From assembly GCF_000737315.1 (NCBI RefSeq), contig NZ_JMCB01000004.1, forward strand, positions 124,001-188,000: a stretch of 64,000 bases of DNA. The letters run 5' to 3'. The translations under genes were made by a program, and so were the position numbers. A model generated the notes under the pieces. That model was not told where the DNA came from, did not search any database, and saw only the letters and a list, made by a program, of their open reading frames with translations. This DNA comes from Hyalangium minutum. GTDB taxonomy: Bacteria; Myxococcota; Myxococcia; Myxococcales; Myxococcaceae. Positions 33,184-43,095 of this stretch are shown here, one piece after another. Each line of letters opens with the position of its first letter. The first letter of the stretch is position 1.

Positions 33184-33816
33184 TTACTGGGATACCGCCG
33201 TGGGGGCAGCAGACCGTGCAAGCGAGTTCGGGGCCGTGACAGGGGACTCGGGCACCTGAGTCTGGGCCCAGTCCTCTGCTGTGCGGCCACTGGAATCCCG
33301 GCGCTCGGGCGACGCGCCCTTCTGCTGGAGCCGCTCCGCCACCTCCTTACGCCCGAACAGCCGCGCGAACATCAGCGCCGTCTGGCCCACTCCGTTTGAC
33401 TGGTCCACTGCGCACGGCTGCTGCAGGAGCAGGTCCACTACCTCCACGTAGCCCTTGAACGCCGCGCCCATCAGCGCCGTGTTTCCTCGCGAGTCTCCCG
33501 CGCACGCATCCGCGCCCCCTGCCAGCAGCGCCCGCACCGTCTCCGTGTGCCCGTGGTACGCCGCCAGAATCAGCGGAGAGAATCCGCGATCGTCCTGCAC
33601 GTTCACCGGCGTCCCGGCCTTGAGCAGTCCCGCCACCAGCTCCGCGTCTCCCTCGCGCGACGCGGCCAGCAGGTAGCGCTCGGCCTCGCTCACCGCCAGC
33701 ACCCGCTGCGCCGGAGGGCGCTTCCAGGACGTGTAGAAATAGCCCGCCACCGCCACCACGCCCAGCACCAGCACCAGCACCGCTCCAGCCAAACCCAGCA
33801 TCACCTTGCGCAGCAT
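33184..33816 (-). CDS. Membrane-anchored ankyrin-repeat protein (AnkB-like, catalase associated)
   Basis: N-terminal TM; ankyrin units GFSPLILAAYHGH, GNTALMGAAFKG, GQTALMFA; follows the catalase gene. Confidence 0.88.
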   Translation of the reverse strand: MLRKVMLGLAGAVLVLVLGVVAVAGYFYTSWKRPPAQRVLAVSEAERYLLAASREGDAELVAGLLKAGTPVNVQDDRGFSPLILAAYHGHTETVRALLAGGADACAGDSRGNTALMGAAFKGYVEVVDLLLQQPCAVDQSNGVGQTALMFARLFGRKEVAERLQQKGASPERRDSSGRTAEDWAQTQVPESPVTAPNSLARSAAPTAVSQ

Positions 33817-33905
33817 CGCTTCACTCCATGCAGGAAACTTCGAGGGAACCCACCCAACGGACAGAGGCCCCGGGAGCCCGACCTCCCGAGGTCTCCACCT
33901 ACGCG

Positions 33906-35435
33906 CTACCGCGAGGCGATCGTCGCCACCGCCGCCTGCGCGTCCTCCAGTTTCACTCCCACCGCCTTCGCCAGCCGCGTGCCGTACTCCGCGTTCGCGC
34001 TGTAGAAGTAGCCCACCATCCGCGCCTTCACCCGCGCGTCACGCACCTGGCCCAGGTCCCCCGCGAGGTTCTTCACCAGCCGCTCCCGCTCCACCGGGGT
34101 CAGCGCCAGGTAGAACGCCCCCGCCTGAGAGAAGTTGTCCGTCTTCGAGATCGCCACCTGCTGCGTCGTCCCGCTCAGCGCCATTTGCGACAGCAGGTAC
34201 GCAGGGGAGTCCGTTGTCTCACGGGTGATGCTCGGCTCGTAGTTCACGTCCGACTTCGTGTGGGCGATGTTCATCGCGCCACCCTGGTTGTTGTTGTTCA
34301 CCGTGGCCCGCGAGCGGTTCACCGGCAGCGACTGGTAGTTCGCACCCACCCGGTAGCGCTGCGTGTCCGCGTAGGAGAACAGCCGGCCCTGCAGCAGCCG
34401 ATCCTCGGAGGGCTCGATGCCCGGAGGCTGCACGCCCGGAGAGAACGCTGCCTGCTCGGTCTCCTCGAAGAAGTTGTCCGGCATCTTGTTCAGCGTGATC
34501 TTCCCCAGCTTGATCGACGGGACCTTGTCCTCCGGCCACACCTTCGTCGCGTCCAGCGGATCGAACGAGAACGCGTCCAGATTCTTCGGATCCAGCACCT
34601 GCGCCGTCAGCTCCCACGACGGGTCCTGGCCCTTGCCGATCGACTCGTAGAGATCATGCGTGGCGTGCTGGAAGTCCTGGCCCTGGATGCGCGTGGCCTC
34701 CTCGGCCGTGAGCGACTTCACGCCCTGCAGCGACTTCCAGTTGAACTTCACGTAGTGCACCTGGCCCTTCGCGTTGACGAACTTGAAGGCGTGTACGCCG
34801 TGGCCGTTCATCTGCCGGTAGTTCGCCGGCACGCCCAGGTCCGAGTACACCTGCGTCAGCATGTGCGTGGACTCGGGCACGTGAGAGAAGAAGTCGAAGA
34901 ACCGGTTGGGATCCTGGCGGTTCGTGATCGGCGACGGCTTCAGCGAGTGCACCATGTCCGGGAACTTGATGGCGTCCCGGATGAAGAACACCGGCAGGTT
35001 GTTGCCCACCAGGTCCCAGTTGCCCTCGTCCGTGTAGAACTTGAGCGCGAAGCCGCGCGGATCCCGCAGCGTCTCCGGCGAGCCCTGCGGGTGGATCACC
35101 GTGGAGAAACGCACGAACATCGGCGTCTTCTTGCCCTTGGCCGTCAGCAGCGAGGCCTTCGTCAGCTGCGAGAAGTCCCCGTAGCTCTCGAAGGTGCCGT
35201 AGGCGCCCACGCCGCGTGCGTGCACCACGCGCTCGGGGATGCGCTCGCGATCAAAACGCGCGAGCTTCTCGATGAGGTGGAAGTCCTCCAGCAGGATTCC
35301 GCCGCGCGGGCCCGCCGTCTTCGAGTTCTGGTTGGAGCCGACCGGTGCGCCCGAGTCCGTCGTCAGGGGAGGGGGATCGGCCAGGGCCGCGCCACCGCTC
35401 AGCAGCGCCGCCAGGAGGAAAGGCTTCAGGTTCAT
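33906..35435 (-). CDS. katB: Monofunctional heme catalase with signal peptide (KatB-like, exported)
   Basis: RFDRERIPERVVHARG (distal His), RDPRGFALKFY, RLFSYADTQRYR (proximal Tyr); N-terminal signal peptide. Confidence 0.92.
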   Translation of the reverse strand: MNLKPFLLAALLSGGAALADPPPLTTDSGAPVGSNQNSKTAGPRGGILLEDFHLIEKLARFDRERIPERVVHARGVGAYGTFESYGDFSQLTKASLLTAKGKKTPMFVRFSTVIHPQGSPETLRDPRGFALKFYTDEGNWDLVGNNLPVFFIRDAIKFPDMVHSLKPSPITNRQDPNRFFDFFSHVPESTHMLTQVYSDLGVPANYRQMNGHGVHAFKFVNAKGQVHYVKFNWKSLQGVKSLTAEEATRIQGQDFQHATHDLYESIGKGQDPSWELTAQVLDPKNLDAFSFDPLDATKVWPEDKVPSIKLGKITLNKMPDNFFEETEQAAFSPGVQPPGIEPSEDRLLQGRLFSYADTQRYRVGANYQSLPVNRSRATVNNNNQGGAMNIAHTKSDVNYEPSITRETTDSPAYLLSQMALSGTTQQVAISKTDNFSQAGAFYLALTPVERERLVKNLAGDLGQVRDARVKARMVGYFYSANAEYGTRLAKAVGVKLEDAQAAVATIASR

Positions 35436-35478
35436 AGGAGATCTCCGGAGTGAAGGGGTGAAGATGGGAGACCCCTAG

Positions 35479-35494
35479 AGCACTCGGTGTGCCA
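35479..35494 (-). promoter_or_regulatory. Sigma54 -24/-12 promoter facing the catalase gene
   Basis: Minus strand TGGCACACCGAGTGCT has exact GG-N10-GC spacing and a perfect TGGCAC; about 45 bp upstream of the ATG. Confidence 0.65.
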
Positions 35495-35546
35495 AGCCTC
35501 TGAGCCCAGTGGTATTCAGAGGTTATGAACTGGAAGTGCCCCGTTA

Positions 35547-35632
35547 CACCGATATATCAGTGCACCCAGCGCGATTTCGGTGGAGAGTGGTACCGATATT
35601 TCGCTGCAGCTATCTTCACCGAGATATCGGTG
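35547..35632. promoter_or_regulatory. Four 16-bp palindromic operators, consensus CACCGA(T/G)AT(A/T)TCGGTG
   Basis: 35547 CACCGATATATCAGTG; 35567 CAGCGCGATTTCGGTG; 35591 TACCGATATTTCGCTG; 35617 CACCGAGATATCGGTG. Confidence 0.75.
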
Positions 35633-35748
35633 TAAACGCATTGGACACAGCCGGGCAGGCTCCAGAGGCAGGCGCCGCATGACGCTCCAAGTCATCGGTG
35701 GACCAGAAAAGTTCAACATTTCTGATGGTTTAGGGGTAAGGTGCCGCC

Positions 35749-37305
35749 ATGCCGGGACCGTTCATCCAAGACGAGCAGATTGCGCACGCGCGCAAGCTGG
35801 CCGAGGAGATCGTCAACCCGATCTTCGACCTCATCCACCACAACACCACTGTGTCCATTGAGCGCACCGTGCTGCGCTTCTTCGGGATTTCGGGGGCGGG
35901 GGCTCGCGGTGTGCCGCTGGCCAACTTGATGGTGGACAAACTAAAGGCGGCCGGGGTGCTCAACCGCGGCGCCGCCTACTGGTATGGCCGGGCGCTGCAA
36001 CTGGGCGCCAAGAGCCCGCTGGAGGCCGTAGAGCGCCTGACCGCACTGCCCACCGAGAAGCTGGGGCCCCTGTCTCCGGAAATGGAGCAGAACCTGCGCG
36101 CCGAGGTGCGCGCCGAGGGCCGCGCCGCGCTCGAGGACATGCAGGGTCGCATCGCCCAGCGCAACGCGCTCCGGCAGCAGTTCCCCATGTCCCCGACGCC
36201 GCACAAGTACGTCATCGTTGCCACCGGTAACATCTATGACGATGTGGACCAGGCGCGCGCGGCGGCCCAGGCGGGCGCGGACATCATCGCGGTCATCCGC
36301 TCCACGGCGCAGTCGTTGCTGGACTACGTGCCCCACGGTGCCACCACCGAGGGCTACGGCGGCACCTACGCCACCCAGGAGAACTTCCGCATCATGCGCG
36401 AGGCCCTGGACGAGGAGAGCAAGAAGCTCAAGCGCTACATTCAGCTGACGAACTACTCCTCCGGCCTGGCCATGTCGGAGATTGCCTTCTGCGCGGCGTA
36501 CGAGAAGCTGGACATGCTCCTCAACGACGCGATGTACGGCATCCTCTTCCGCGACATCAACATGCGGCGGACGTTCATCGATCAGTACTTCAGCCGCCGC
36601 ATCTGCGCCCTGGCCGGCATCATCATCAACACAGGCGAGGACAACTACATCACCACCGCGGACGCGTATGACGCGGCCCACACGGTCATCGCCAGCCAGT
36701 TCATCAACGAGTGCTTCGCCAAGCGCGCGGGGCTCAAGGACTGGCAGCTGGGCATCGGGCACTCGTACGAGATCGATCCGCACCGTCCGGACACGCTCCT
36801 GCTGGAGCTGTCGCAGGCCATGCTGGTGCGGCGCTGCTTCCCTGACGCCCCGCTGAAGTACATGCCGCCCACCAAGCACAAGGAGACGGACATCTTCTTC
36901 AGCCACGCGTACGACGTGATGGCGGACCTGGTGGCCGTCTGGACGCGGCAGGGCATCCAGCTGCTGGGCATGATGACGGAGGCGATGCACACGCCGCTGC
37001 TGGCGGATCGGTACGTGGCGCTGAAGTCCGCTGCCTACCTCCACCGCGCCGCGCGGGGCATCGACGAGGAGTTCACCGTGCGCGAGGACGGGAAGATCGC
37101 CAACCGCGCGCGCGAGGTGTTCGCCAAGGCCATGGAGCTGCTGGAGGAGTGCCACAAGGAGGGCATGGTGGCGGCCATCGGCAAGGGGCGCTTTGGCGAC
37201 GTGAAGCGCACGGAGACGGGCGGCAAGGGCCTGGATGGCGTGCTCGAGAAGGCGCCGGACTATTTCAATCCGTTCTTGGAGATTCTGGAGGGTACGCACT
37301 CATGA
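35749..37305 (+). CDS. kamD: D-lysine 5,6-aminomutase (beta-lysine mutase) alpha subunit
   Basis: TTVSIERTVLR, YVIVATGNIYDDV, IAVIRSTAQSLLDYVP, NYSSGL, INTGEDNY, KYMPPTK. Confidence 0.95.
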   Translation: MPGPFIQDEQIAHARKLAEEIVNPIFDLIHHNTTVSIERTVLRFFGISGAGARGVPLANLMVDKLKAAGVLNRGAAYWYGRALQLGAKSPLEAVERLTALPTEKLGPLSPEMEQNLRAEVRAEGRAALEDMQGRIAQRNALRQQFPMSPTPHKYVIVATGNIYDDVDQARAAAQAGADIIAVIRSTAQSLLDYVPHGATTEGYGGTYATQENFRIMREALDEESKKLKRYIQLTNYSSGLAMSEIAFCAAYEKLDMLLNDAMYGILFRDINMRRTFIDQYFSRRICALAGIIINTGEDNYITTADAYDAAHTVIASQFINECFAKRAGLKDWQLGIGHSYEIDPHRPDTLLLELSQAMLVRRCFPDAPLKYMPPTKHKETDIFFSHAYDVMADLVAVWTRQGIQLLGMMTEAMHTPLLADRYVALKSAAYLHRAARGIDEEFTVREDGKIANRAREVFAKAMELLEECHKEGMVAAIGKGRFGDVKRTETGGKGLDGVLEKAPDYFNPFLEILEGTHS

Positions 37306-37787
37306 TCGGTTCCTTGGTGATGACGGTGGCGCTGGCCGTGAGCAGTGGCGGCTCGGCGGATGCGCTGGTGAAGCACCAGGCGAAGACGCTGACCCTCCAG
37401 GTCCCTGGCGCGTGGGACCGCACCAACGAGGAGGGCACCGAGAAGTTCAAGGCTCCCTCGGGGGATGGGTGGTTCACGCTGGACGTGGGCGCCGTGCAGA
37501 CGGCCGGCATGCAGCCCAAGGTCTGCCTGGACAAGATCCTCACCGCCATGGGCGGCGGCGAGGGCTGGGAGAAGATCAGCCTGGGCCTCAACCCGGCCGC
37601 CAAGAAGGTGAACGTGGACGACGCCACGGAGGATGGCGAGGACAAGGTCCGCTCGGTCACTTACGTGGGCTGCAACGGCAAGACGACGTGGTCCCTCATC
37701 TTCTCCATGAACGACAAGAAGAAGGACCGGTTCGAGCCCCTGGCAGCCAAGATCGCCCAGAGCGTCAGCTACGCAAAGGGGAAGTGA
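37302..37787 (+). CDS. Exported hypothetical protein (PsbP/DcrB-like pattern)
   Basis: Signal peptide; LTLQVPGAW motif; two Cys; ATGA overlap with the kamD stop. Confidence 0.65.
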   Translation: MIGSLVMTVALAVSSGGSADALVKHQAKTLTLQVPGAWDRTNEEGTEKFKAPSGDGWFTLDVGAVQTAGMQPKVCLDKILTAMGGGEGWEKISLGLNPAAKKVNVDDATEDGEDKVRSVTYVGCNGKTTWSLIFSMNDKKKDRFEPLAAKIAQSVSYAKGK

Positions 37788-37794
37788 GCGCCTC

Positions 37795-38580
37795 ATGGTG
37801 AAGCCGACCAAGCAGATCATCCGCCCCTATGGAGACCGCCGCGACGATGGCGTGGTGCAGCTGTCGTTCACGCTCCCGGTGCCGCTGTCAGAGAAGGCCA
37901 AGGAGGCCGCCGCCCAGTTCACGAAGAAGATGGGCTTCTCGGACGTGAAGGTGGCCGCTGCCGAGCGCGCCGCGGACAACTACACGTTCTTCATCGTGTA
38001 CGCCCGGTCGGGCATGTACATCGACTACGCGGAGATCGACGTCCCCGAGGTCGTCATCAAGAAGATGGGGTTCGACGATCTCAACACCTTCATCCAGGAC
38101 AAGGTGGGGCGGCGCATCGTGGTGTTCGGCGCGTGTACCGGCACGGACACCCACACGGTGGGGATCGACGCCATCCTGAACATGAAGGGCTATGCGGGCG
38201 ACTACGGCCTGGAGCGCTACCCGTGGTTCGAGGCCTTCAACCTGGGCAGCCAGGTCCCCAATGACGACCTCATCACCAAGGCACTGGCGAAGAACGCGGA
38301 TGCCATCCTGGTGAGCCAGGTGGTGACTCAGCGCGACGTGCACAAGGACAACTCGCGCCAGTTCATTGATGCGGCCAAGGCGCGGGGTATCCACGGAAAG
38401 ACGATCCTGCTGCTCGGCGGGCCGCGCGTGGACCACAAGCTGGCGCTGGAGCTGGGCTTCGACGCGGGTTTCGGTCCGGGCACCAAGCCGTCCGACGTGG
38501 CCAACTACATCGTGCACGCGCTGCTCAAGAAGATGGGCAAGGAAGACCCGAACGCGCACTACCAGGGAGAGCCCAAGTGA
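37795..38580 (+). CDS. kamE: D-lysine 5,6-aminomutase beta subunit (AdoCbl/PLP binding)
   Basis: [20 protein letters not shown], base-off motif [25 protein letters not shown]. Confidence 0.95.
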   Translation: MVKPTKQIIRPYGDRRDDGVVQLSFTLPVPLSEKAKEAAAQFTKKMGFSDVKVAAAERAADNYTFFIVYARSGMYIDYAEIDVPEVVIKKMGFDDLNTFIQDKVGRRIVVFGACTGTDTHTVGIDAILNMKGYAGDYGLERYPWFEAFNLGSQVPNDDLITKALAKNADAILVSQVVTQRDVHKDNSRQFIDAAKARGIHGKTILLLGGPRVDHKLALELGFDAGFGPGTKPSDVANYIVHALLKKMGKEDPNAHYQGEPK

Positions 38581-38972
38581 GCACGACCAAGGCCATCATC
38601 CGGCTGCGCATGAGCAGCCATGACGCGCACTACGGCGGCAACCTCGTGGACGGCGCGCGGATGCTGGGGCTCTTTGGCGATGTGGCCACGGAGCTGTGCA
38701 TCCGGCACGACGGGGACGAGGGCCTGTTCCGCGCGTATGACTCGGTGGAGTTCCTGGCACCCGTGTACGCGGGGGACTTCATCGAGGCCGAGGGCGAGAT
38801 CATCAGCACCGGCAATACGTCCCGGAAGATGAAGTTCGAGGCACGCAAGGTCATCCGGCCGCGTACGGATGTGAACGACTCGGCGGCGGACCTGTTGCAG
38901 GAGCCGGTGGTGGTGTGCCGGGCTTCGGGTACCTGCGTGGTTCCCAAGGACAAGCAGCGCATCCAGCGCTGA
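38577..38972 (+). CDS. kal: 3-aminobutyryl-CoA ammonia-lyase (hotdog fold)
   Basis: [58 protein letters not shown]. Confidence 0.92.
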   Translation: MSTTKAIIRLRMSSHDAHYGGNLVDGARMLGLFGDVATELCIRHDGDEGLFRAYDSVEFLAPVYAGDFIEAEGEIISTGNTSRKMKFEARKVIRPRTDVNDSAADLLQEPVVVCRASGTCVVPKDKQRIQR

Positions 38973-39007
38973 CTTACTCACTCACGCATTCAGAAGAGGG
39001 GGCATCC

Positions 39008-39835
39008 ATGAGTACGCCCATGGTCATCACCGCCGCGATGGTCGGCGCGGAGACGACGCGCGAGCAGACGCCGCACCTGCCCATCACCGCGGAGGAGATC
39101 GCCGAGGACGCGGTGAAGTGCCGCGAGGCCGGCGCGGCGATGGTTCACCTGCACGTACGCACGCCAGATGGCAAGCCGTCGCAGGACGCGGAGCTGTTCC
39201 GAGCGGCGATCCGGGCCATCCGCAAGCGCACGGACATCCTGATTCAGACGTCCACGGGCGGCGCGGTGGGCATGAGCGTGGACGAGCGCTGCGGCCCGCT
39301 GACGCTGACGGGCGCGGATCGCCCGGACATGGCCACGCTGACGACGGGCACGGTGAACTTCGGCCCGGACGTGTTCTGGAACCCGCGTCCGCTGGTGCGG
39401 GACATCGCCAAGCGCATCCGCGCCCTGGGCCTCAAGCCGGAGATCGAGTGCTTCGACGTGGGGATGATCGATGAGGCCAGCATCCTCGCGAAGGAGGGGC
39501 TGGTGGATCTGCCCGCGCACTATGACTTCGTGCTGGGCGTGCCGGGCGCGCTGACGGCGCGGGTGGACGCGCTGGAGTTCATGATCAAGTCGCTGCCCGA
39601 GGGCAGCACGTGGACGGTGGCGGCGGTGGGCCGGCACCAGCTGCCGTTCGTGGAGCACGCGGCCGAGCGCGGCGGCAACGCGCGCGTGGGGCTCGAGGAC
39701 AACATCTTCGTGTCCAAGGGCGTGCTGGCGAAGGGTAATTGGGAGCTGGTGGCGGAGGCGGCCAAGCGCGCCAAGGCCAAGGGCCGCACGCTGGCCACGC
39801 CGGAAGAGGCGCGGAAGATCCTGCGCCTCACCTGA
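39008..39835 (+). CDS. kce: 3-keto-5-aminohexanoate cleavage enzyme
   Basis: ITAAMVGAE, PHLPITAEEIA, HLHVR, STGGA, PEIECFDVG, RVGLEDN. Confidence 0.93.
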   Translation: MSTPMVITAAMVGAETTREQTPHLPITAEEIAEDAVKCREAGAAMVHLHVRTPDGKPSQDAELFRAAIRAIRKRTDILIQTSTGGAVGMSVDERCGPLTLTGADRPDMATLTTGTVNFGPDVFWNPRPLVRDIAKRIRALGLKPEIECFDVGMIDEASILAKEGLVDLPAHYDFVLGVPGALTARVDALEFMIKSLPEGSTWTVAAVGRHQLPFVEHAAERGGNARVGLEDNIFVSKGVLAKGNWELVAEAAKRAKAKGRTLATPEEARKILRLT

Positions 39836-39897
39836 GCGAGCGCAGCGGGGCCAGATGGAGGCCCGCCCCAGGCCGGGCCGCAGGAGGGAGCCAAGGC

Positions 39898-40674
39898 ATG
39901 GAGACGGAGCTGAGAGGCAAGGGCGTCCTGGTCACAGGAGGCGCGGGAGGCATTGGCAGCGCCACGGTGCGCGCGTTCGCGGAGGAGGGTGCACGGGTGG
40001 CCGTGCACTACCGCTCGAACGAGGACAAGGCGCGGGCCCTCGCGACGGAGGTGGGCGGCGCGGCCGTGCGCGCGGACCTGACCTCCGAGGCCGAGGTGGA
40101 CGCGCTGATCCCCGAGGCGGTGAAGGCGCTCGGGCGGCTGGATGTGGTGGTGGCCAATGCCGGACACTGGCCCTCGCAGGATGAGCCGGTGTGGAAGATG
40201 TCCCTGACCCGCTGGCGCCAGACGCTGGCGGAGAATCTGGACAGCGTGTTCCTCACGTGCCGGGCCTTCCTGCGGCACGTGGAGACGACGAAGGTCGGGA
40301 GCCTGGTGCTCGTGAGCTCCACCGCGGGCCTGTTTGGCGAGGCAGGGCACTCGGACTACGCGGCGGCCAAGGGCGCGCTCGCGAGTGGCTTCGTGAAGAG
40401 CTTGAAGAACGAGCTGGGCCGCATCGCTCCGATGGCCCGAGTGAACGTGGTGTGCCCGGGCTGGACCGAGGTGGATCGCAACCGGGGTAAGCTCCAGGAC
40501 CCAGCGTTCCTGGCCCGAGTAACGCGGACGATGGCGCTGCGCAAGGTGGGGCGGCCGGAGGACATCGCGCGGGTCATCGTGACGCTCGCGTCAGACCGTA
40601 TCTCTGGCCACGTGACGGGCGAGGTCGTCACCGTCGCTGGCGGCATGGAAGGAAGAGTGCTTCATGACACTTGA
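39898..40674 (+). CDS. Short-chain dehydrogenase/reductase
   Basis: [25 protein letters not shown]. Confidence 0.92.
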   Translation: METELRGKGVLVTGGAGGIGSATVRAFAEEGARVAVHYRSNEDKARALATEVGGAAVRADLTSEAEVDALIPEAVKALGRLDVVVANAGHWPSQDEPVWKMSLTRWRQTLAENLDSVFLTCRAFLRHVETTKVGSLVLVSSTAGLFGEAGHSDYAAAKGALASGFVKSLKNELGRIAPMARVNVVCPGWTEVDRNRGKLQDPAFLARVTRTMALRKVGRPEDIARVIVTLASDRISGHVTGEVVTVAGGMEGRVLHDT

Positions 40675-41455
40675 TGTGGATATTCGCGCCTACAACCGTG
40701 AGGCGTGGAATCGGCAGGTGGCCAAGGGAGACCGGTGGACGGTGCCCGTGGGCCCCGAGGTTATCGCCGCCGCGCGCCGGGGCGAGTGGAGCGTCATCCT
40801 CACCCCGCACAAGCCCGTGCCCCGCGAGTGGTTCGGCGAGCTGAAGGGGAAAGAGGTGCTGGGGCTCGCGAGCGCGGGTGGACAGCAGGGCTCGGTGCTC
40901 GCGGCGGCGGGCGCTCGGGTGACGATCTTCGACAACTCGCCGGCTCAGCTTGGACAGGACCGGCTGGTGGCGGAGCGCGAGGGCCTGGAGATTCGCCTCG
41001 TCGAGGGGGACATGCGGGACCTGTCCGTGTTCCCGGACGCAAGCTTCGATCTCATCTTCCACCCGTGCTCCAACTGCTTCGTGGACGACATCCGCCGCGT
41101 CTGGCGCGAGGCCTATCGCGTCCTGCGTCCGGGAGGAGCGCTGCTCTCCGGGTTTTGCAACCCGATCATGTTCCTCTTCGATCCGGAGCTGGAGCCCGAG
41201 GGCATCCTCCAGATGAAGTACCGGATGCCATACTCGGACTTCACCAGCCTCACGGACGCGGAGCGGCGCCGCTACACGGACAAGGGCGAGCCCCTCTGTA
41301 TTGCCCACTCGCTGGAGGAGCAGATCGGTGGGCAGCTCGCTGCGGGTTTCCTCCTGTCCGGGTTTTACGAGGACAAGCACGTCGCCGGAGATCGGCTCGC
41401 GGAGTACATGTCGAGCCTCTGCGCGACGCGAGCGGTGAAGCCCCCAGTTCCGTGA
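40664..41455 (+). CDS. Class I SAM-dependent methyltransferase
   Basis: [35 protein letters not shown]. Confidence 0.9.
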   Translation: MTLDVDIRAYNREAWNRQVAKGDRWTVPVGPEVIAAARRGEWSVILTPHKPVPREWFGELKGKEVLGLASAGGQQGSVLAAAGARVTIFDNSPAQLGQDRLVAEREGLEIRLVEGDMRDLSVFPDASFDLIFHPCSNCFVDDIRRVWREAYRVLRPGGALLSGFCNPIMFLFDPELEPEGILQMKYRMPYSDFTSLTDAERRRYTDKGEPLCIAHSLEEQIGGQLAAGFLLSGFYEDKHVAGDRLAEYMSSLCATRAVKPPVP

Positions 41456-42507
41456 ACTGCTCGCGCGTGGCCCTGTTCGCCTGTTTCCTGGTGCTCGGCG
41501 GGTGCCCGCAGGAGGGTGGGCCCAACAAGCCATCCGGACGTCTCCAAGGCCAGGTAGTGGGACCTGGCAGCCCTCGGGGAGACGCATACGTGTTCCTGTT
41601 CGCTCCGAGCGAGGGCCCTCCTCGGGGGCAGGCTGTGCCTCGCTACGTCACGGCAGTGCCTGATCTGCGGCTGGGAACTGGGGATGCCCGGTTCCTGTTC
41701 GCAGAGGTGAATCCAGGGCCATACCGGCTGTGGGGCTTCTTGGATGCGAACGGAGATGTGGACCTCTCCGTGGACGTGCTCGCCCAGCCGGGCGCGGGCG
41801 ACTGGCTGCCCGCGGCAGGAGTGGAGCTGGAGATTCCTGCGGGGAGCGTCGTGGAGCACGAGCTGACGCTCACTCAACGGAGGCGTCACGATCCTCCCGC
41901 GTTCCGGGTGACAGGGGAGGGGACGGATGGGGGCGTGGTGACGGTGCCGGACTCACTGCTGTCGCTTACGTCTCTCGATGTCGAGGCGGAGGGGCTGGGG
42001 CTCCTGCGCGGCGAGGAGGCACGGTTCTTCGTCCGGCTGGTCGATCGAGACGGAGACGGGAACGCGGATGATCTGAACGGAGACGGAGTGCCGGAGCTGT
42101 TCCCCCAGTTCTTCCTGCGCTTCATGCCGAGGCCCGGGCAGACGGTGCCGATGCAGACGGATGGAGGGCCCTCCCAGGTCATCGTGCCCCTGGTCATCAA
42201 CCCGGTGCCCTTCGTTCCCATCCTTCAGGGAGACGTGACGCGCGAGGCCTCTGCCACGAGCCTGCAGCTCTTCGTCGTGCCGGTGGCGCAGGCCGTCTCG
42301 GAGGCCACGGATGGAGGACAGGTGCTGACGCCGCTCGCGGCCATGCCGGTGGGCGAGTACCAACTCTGGGCACTCTCAGCGGAAGGGGCCTTCTGGTACA
42401 TCCCGAATGCGCTGGGAGCACGAGACTCGGAGGTTTTGCACTCGCAGTCCTTGCGGTTCGAGATTGTCCGAGGGGGCTCGCCCGACGCAGGAAATCCCAT
42501 TAGATAG
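41452..42507 (+). CDS. Hypothetical lipoprotein with DxDxDG Ca-binding motifs
   Basis: GTG start 41452, lipobox LGGC; DANGDVD and [18 protein letters not shown]. Confidence 0.7.
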   Translation: MNCSRVALFACFLVLGGCPQEGGPNKPSGRLQGQVVGPGSPRGDAYVFLFAPSEGPPRGQAVPRYVTAVPDLRLGTGDARFLFAEVNPGPYRLWGFLDANGDVDLSVDVLAQPGAGDWLPAAGVELEIPAGSVVEHELTLTQRRRHDPPAFRVTGEGTDGGVVTVPDSLLSLTSLDVEAEGLGLLRGEEARFFVRLVDRDGDGNADDLNGDGVPELFPQFFLRFMPRPGQTVPMQTDGGPSQVIVPLVINPVPFVPILQGDVTREASATSLQLFVVPVAQAVSEATDGGQVLTPLAAMPVGEYQLWALSAEGAFWYIPNALGARDSEVLHSQSLRFEIVRGGSPDAGNPIR

Positions 42508-42542
42508 GTGCGCGCTTCAACCCCGCCGATCCGAGGAATCCC

Positions 42543-43079
42543 ATGTCCGAGTCCAAGAGCCTCGACAATCCCCACGAGCTGGCGCTGCGTGACTTCGCGC
42601 TGAGTTTCCCCGGCACCCACGAGGACTTTCCCTGGGGCCACCGCGCCCTCAAGGTGAAGGGCAAGGCCTTCGTCTTCATGGGCCACGAGAGGGGCGGACT
42701 GGGGCTCTCGGTGAAGCTGCCGCAATCCAACGCCGCAGCGCTGATGATGCCGTTCGCCACGCCCACTGGGTACGGCTTGGGCAAGAGCGGCTGGGTGTCG
42801 GCCGACTTCCCCAGGGGGGAGGCGCCTCCCATGGAGATGCTGCGCCAGTGGGTCGAGGAGAGCTATCGCGCCGTCGCTCCGAAGAAGCTCGTGGAGCAGA
42901 TCGGCTCCACGGCCAGCGCTCCCGTTGCTGCGCCGGCCAAGAAGTCCGCGAAGAAGTCCGCGCCTGCCAAGAAGGCTGCATCCGCCAAGAAGTCCGCGCC
43001 GGCCAAAAAGGCTGCACCTGCCAAGAAGGTCGCTGCCGCGAAGAAGAAGCCCGCAGCCCGCGCGAAGCAGGCCCGCTGA
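42543..43079 (+). CDS. MmcQ/YjbR family protein with histone-H1-like PAKK tail
   Basis: FPGTHEDFPWG, KVKGKAF, YGLGKSGWV, ESYRAVAPKK; tail APAKKSAKKSAPAKKAASAKK.... Confidence 0.88.
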   Translation: MSESKSLDNPHELALRDFALSFPGTHEDFPWGHRALKVKGKAFVFMGHERGGLGLSVKLPQSNAAALMMPFATPTGYGLGKSGWVSADFPRGEAPPMEMLRQWVEESYRAVAPKKLVEQIGSTASAPVAAPAKKSAKKSAPAKKAASAKKSAPAKKAAPAKKVAAAKKKPAARAKQAR

Positions 43080-43095
43080 TCAGCGGCACAGGGCC

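Noticed and set aside
35640-35748. Possible cobalamin riboswitch ahead of kamD
   Set aside because: No B12-box or GGGAA/CCCGC core, and the region is too short.
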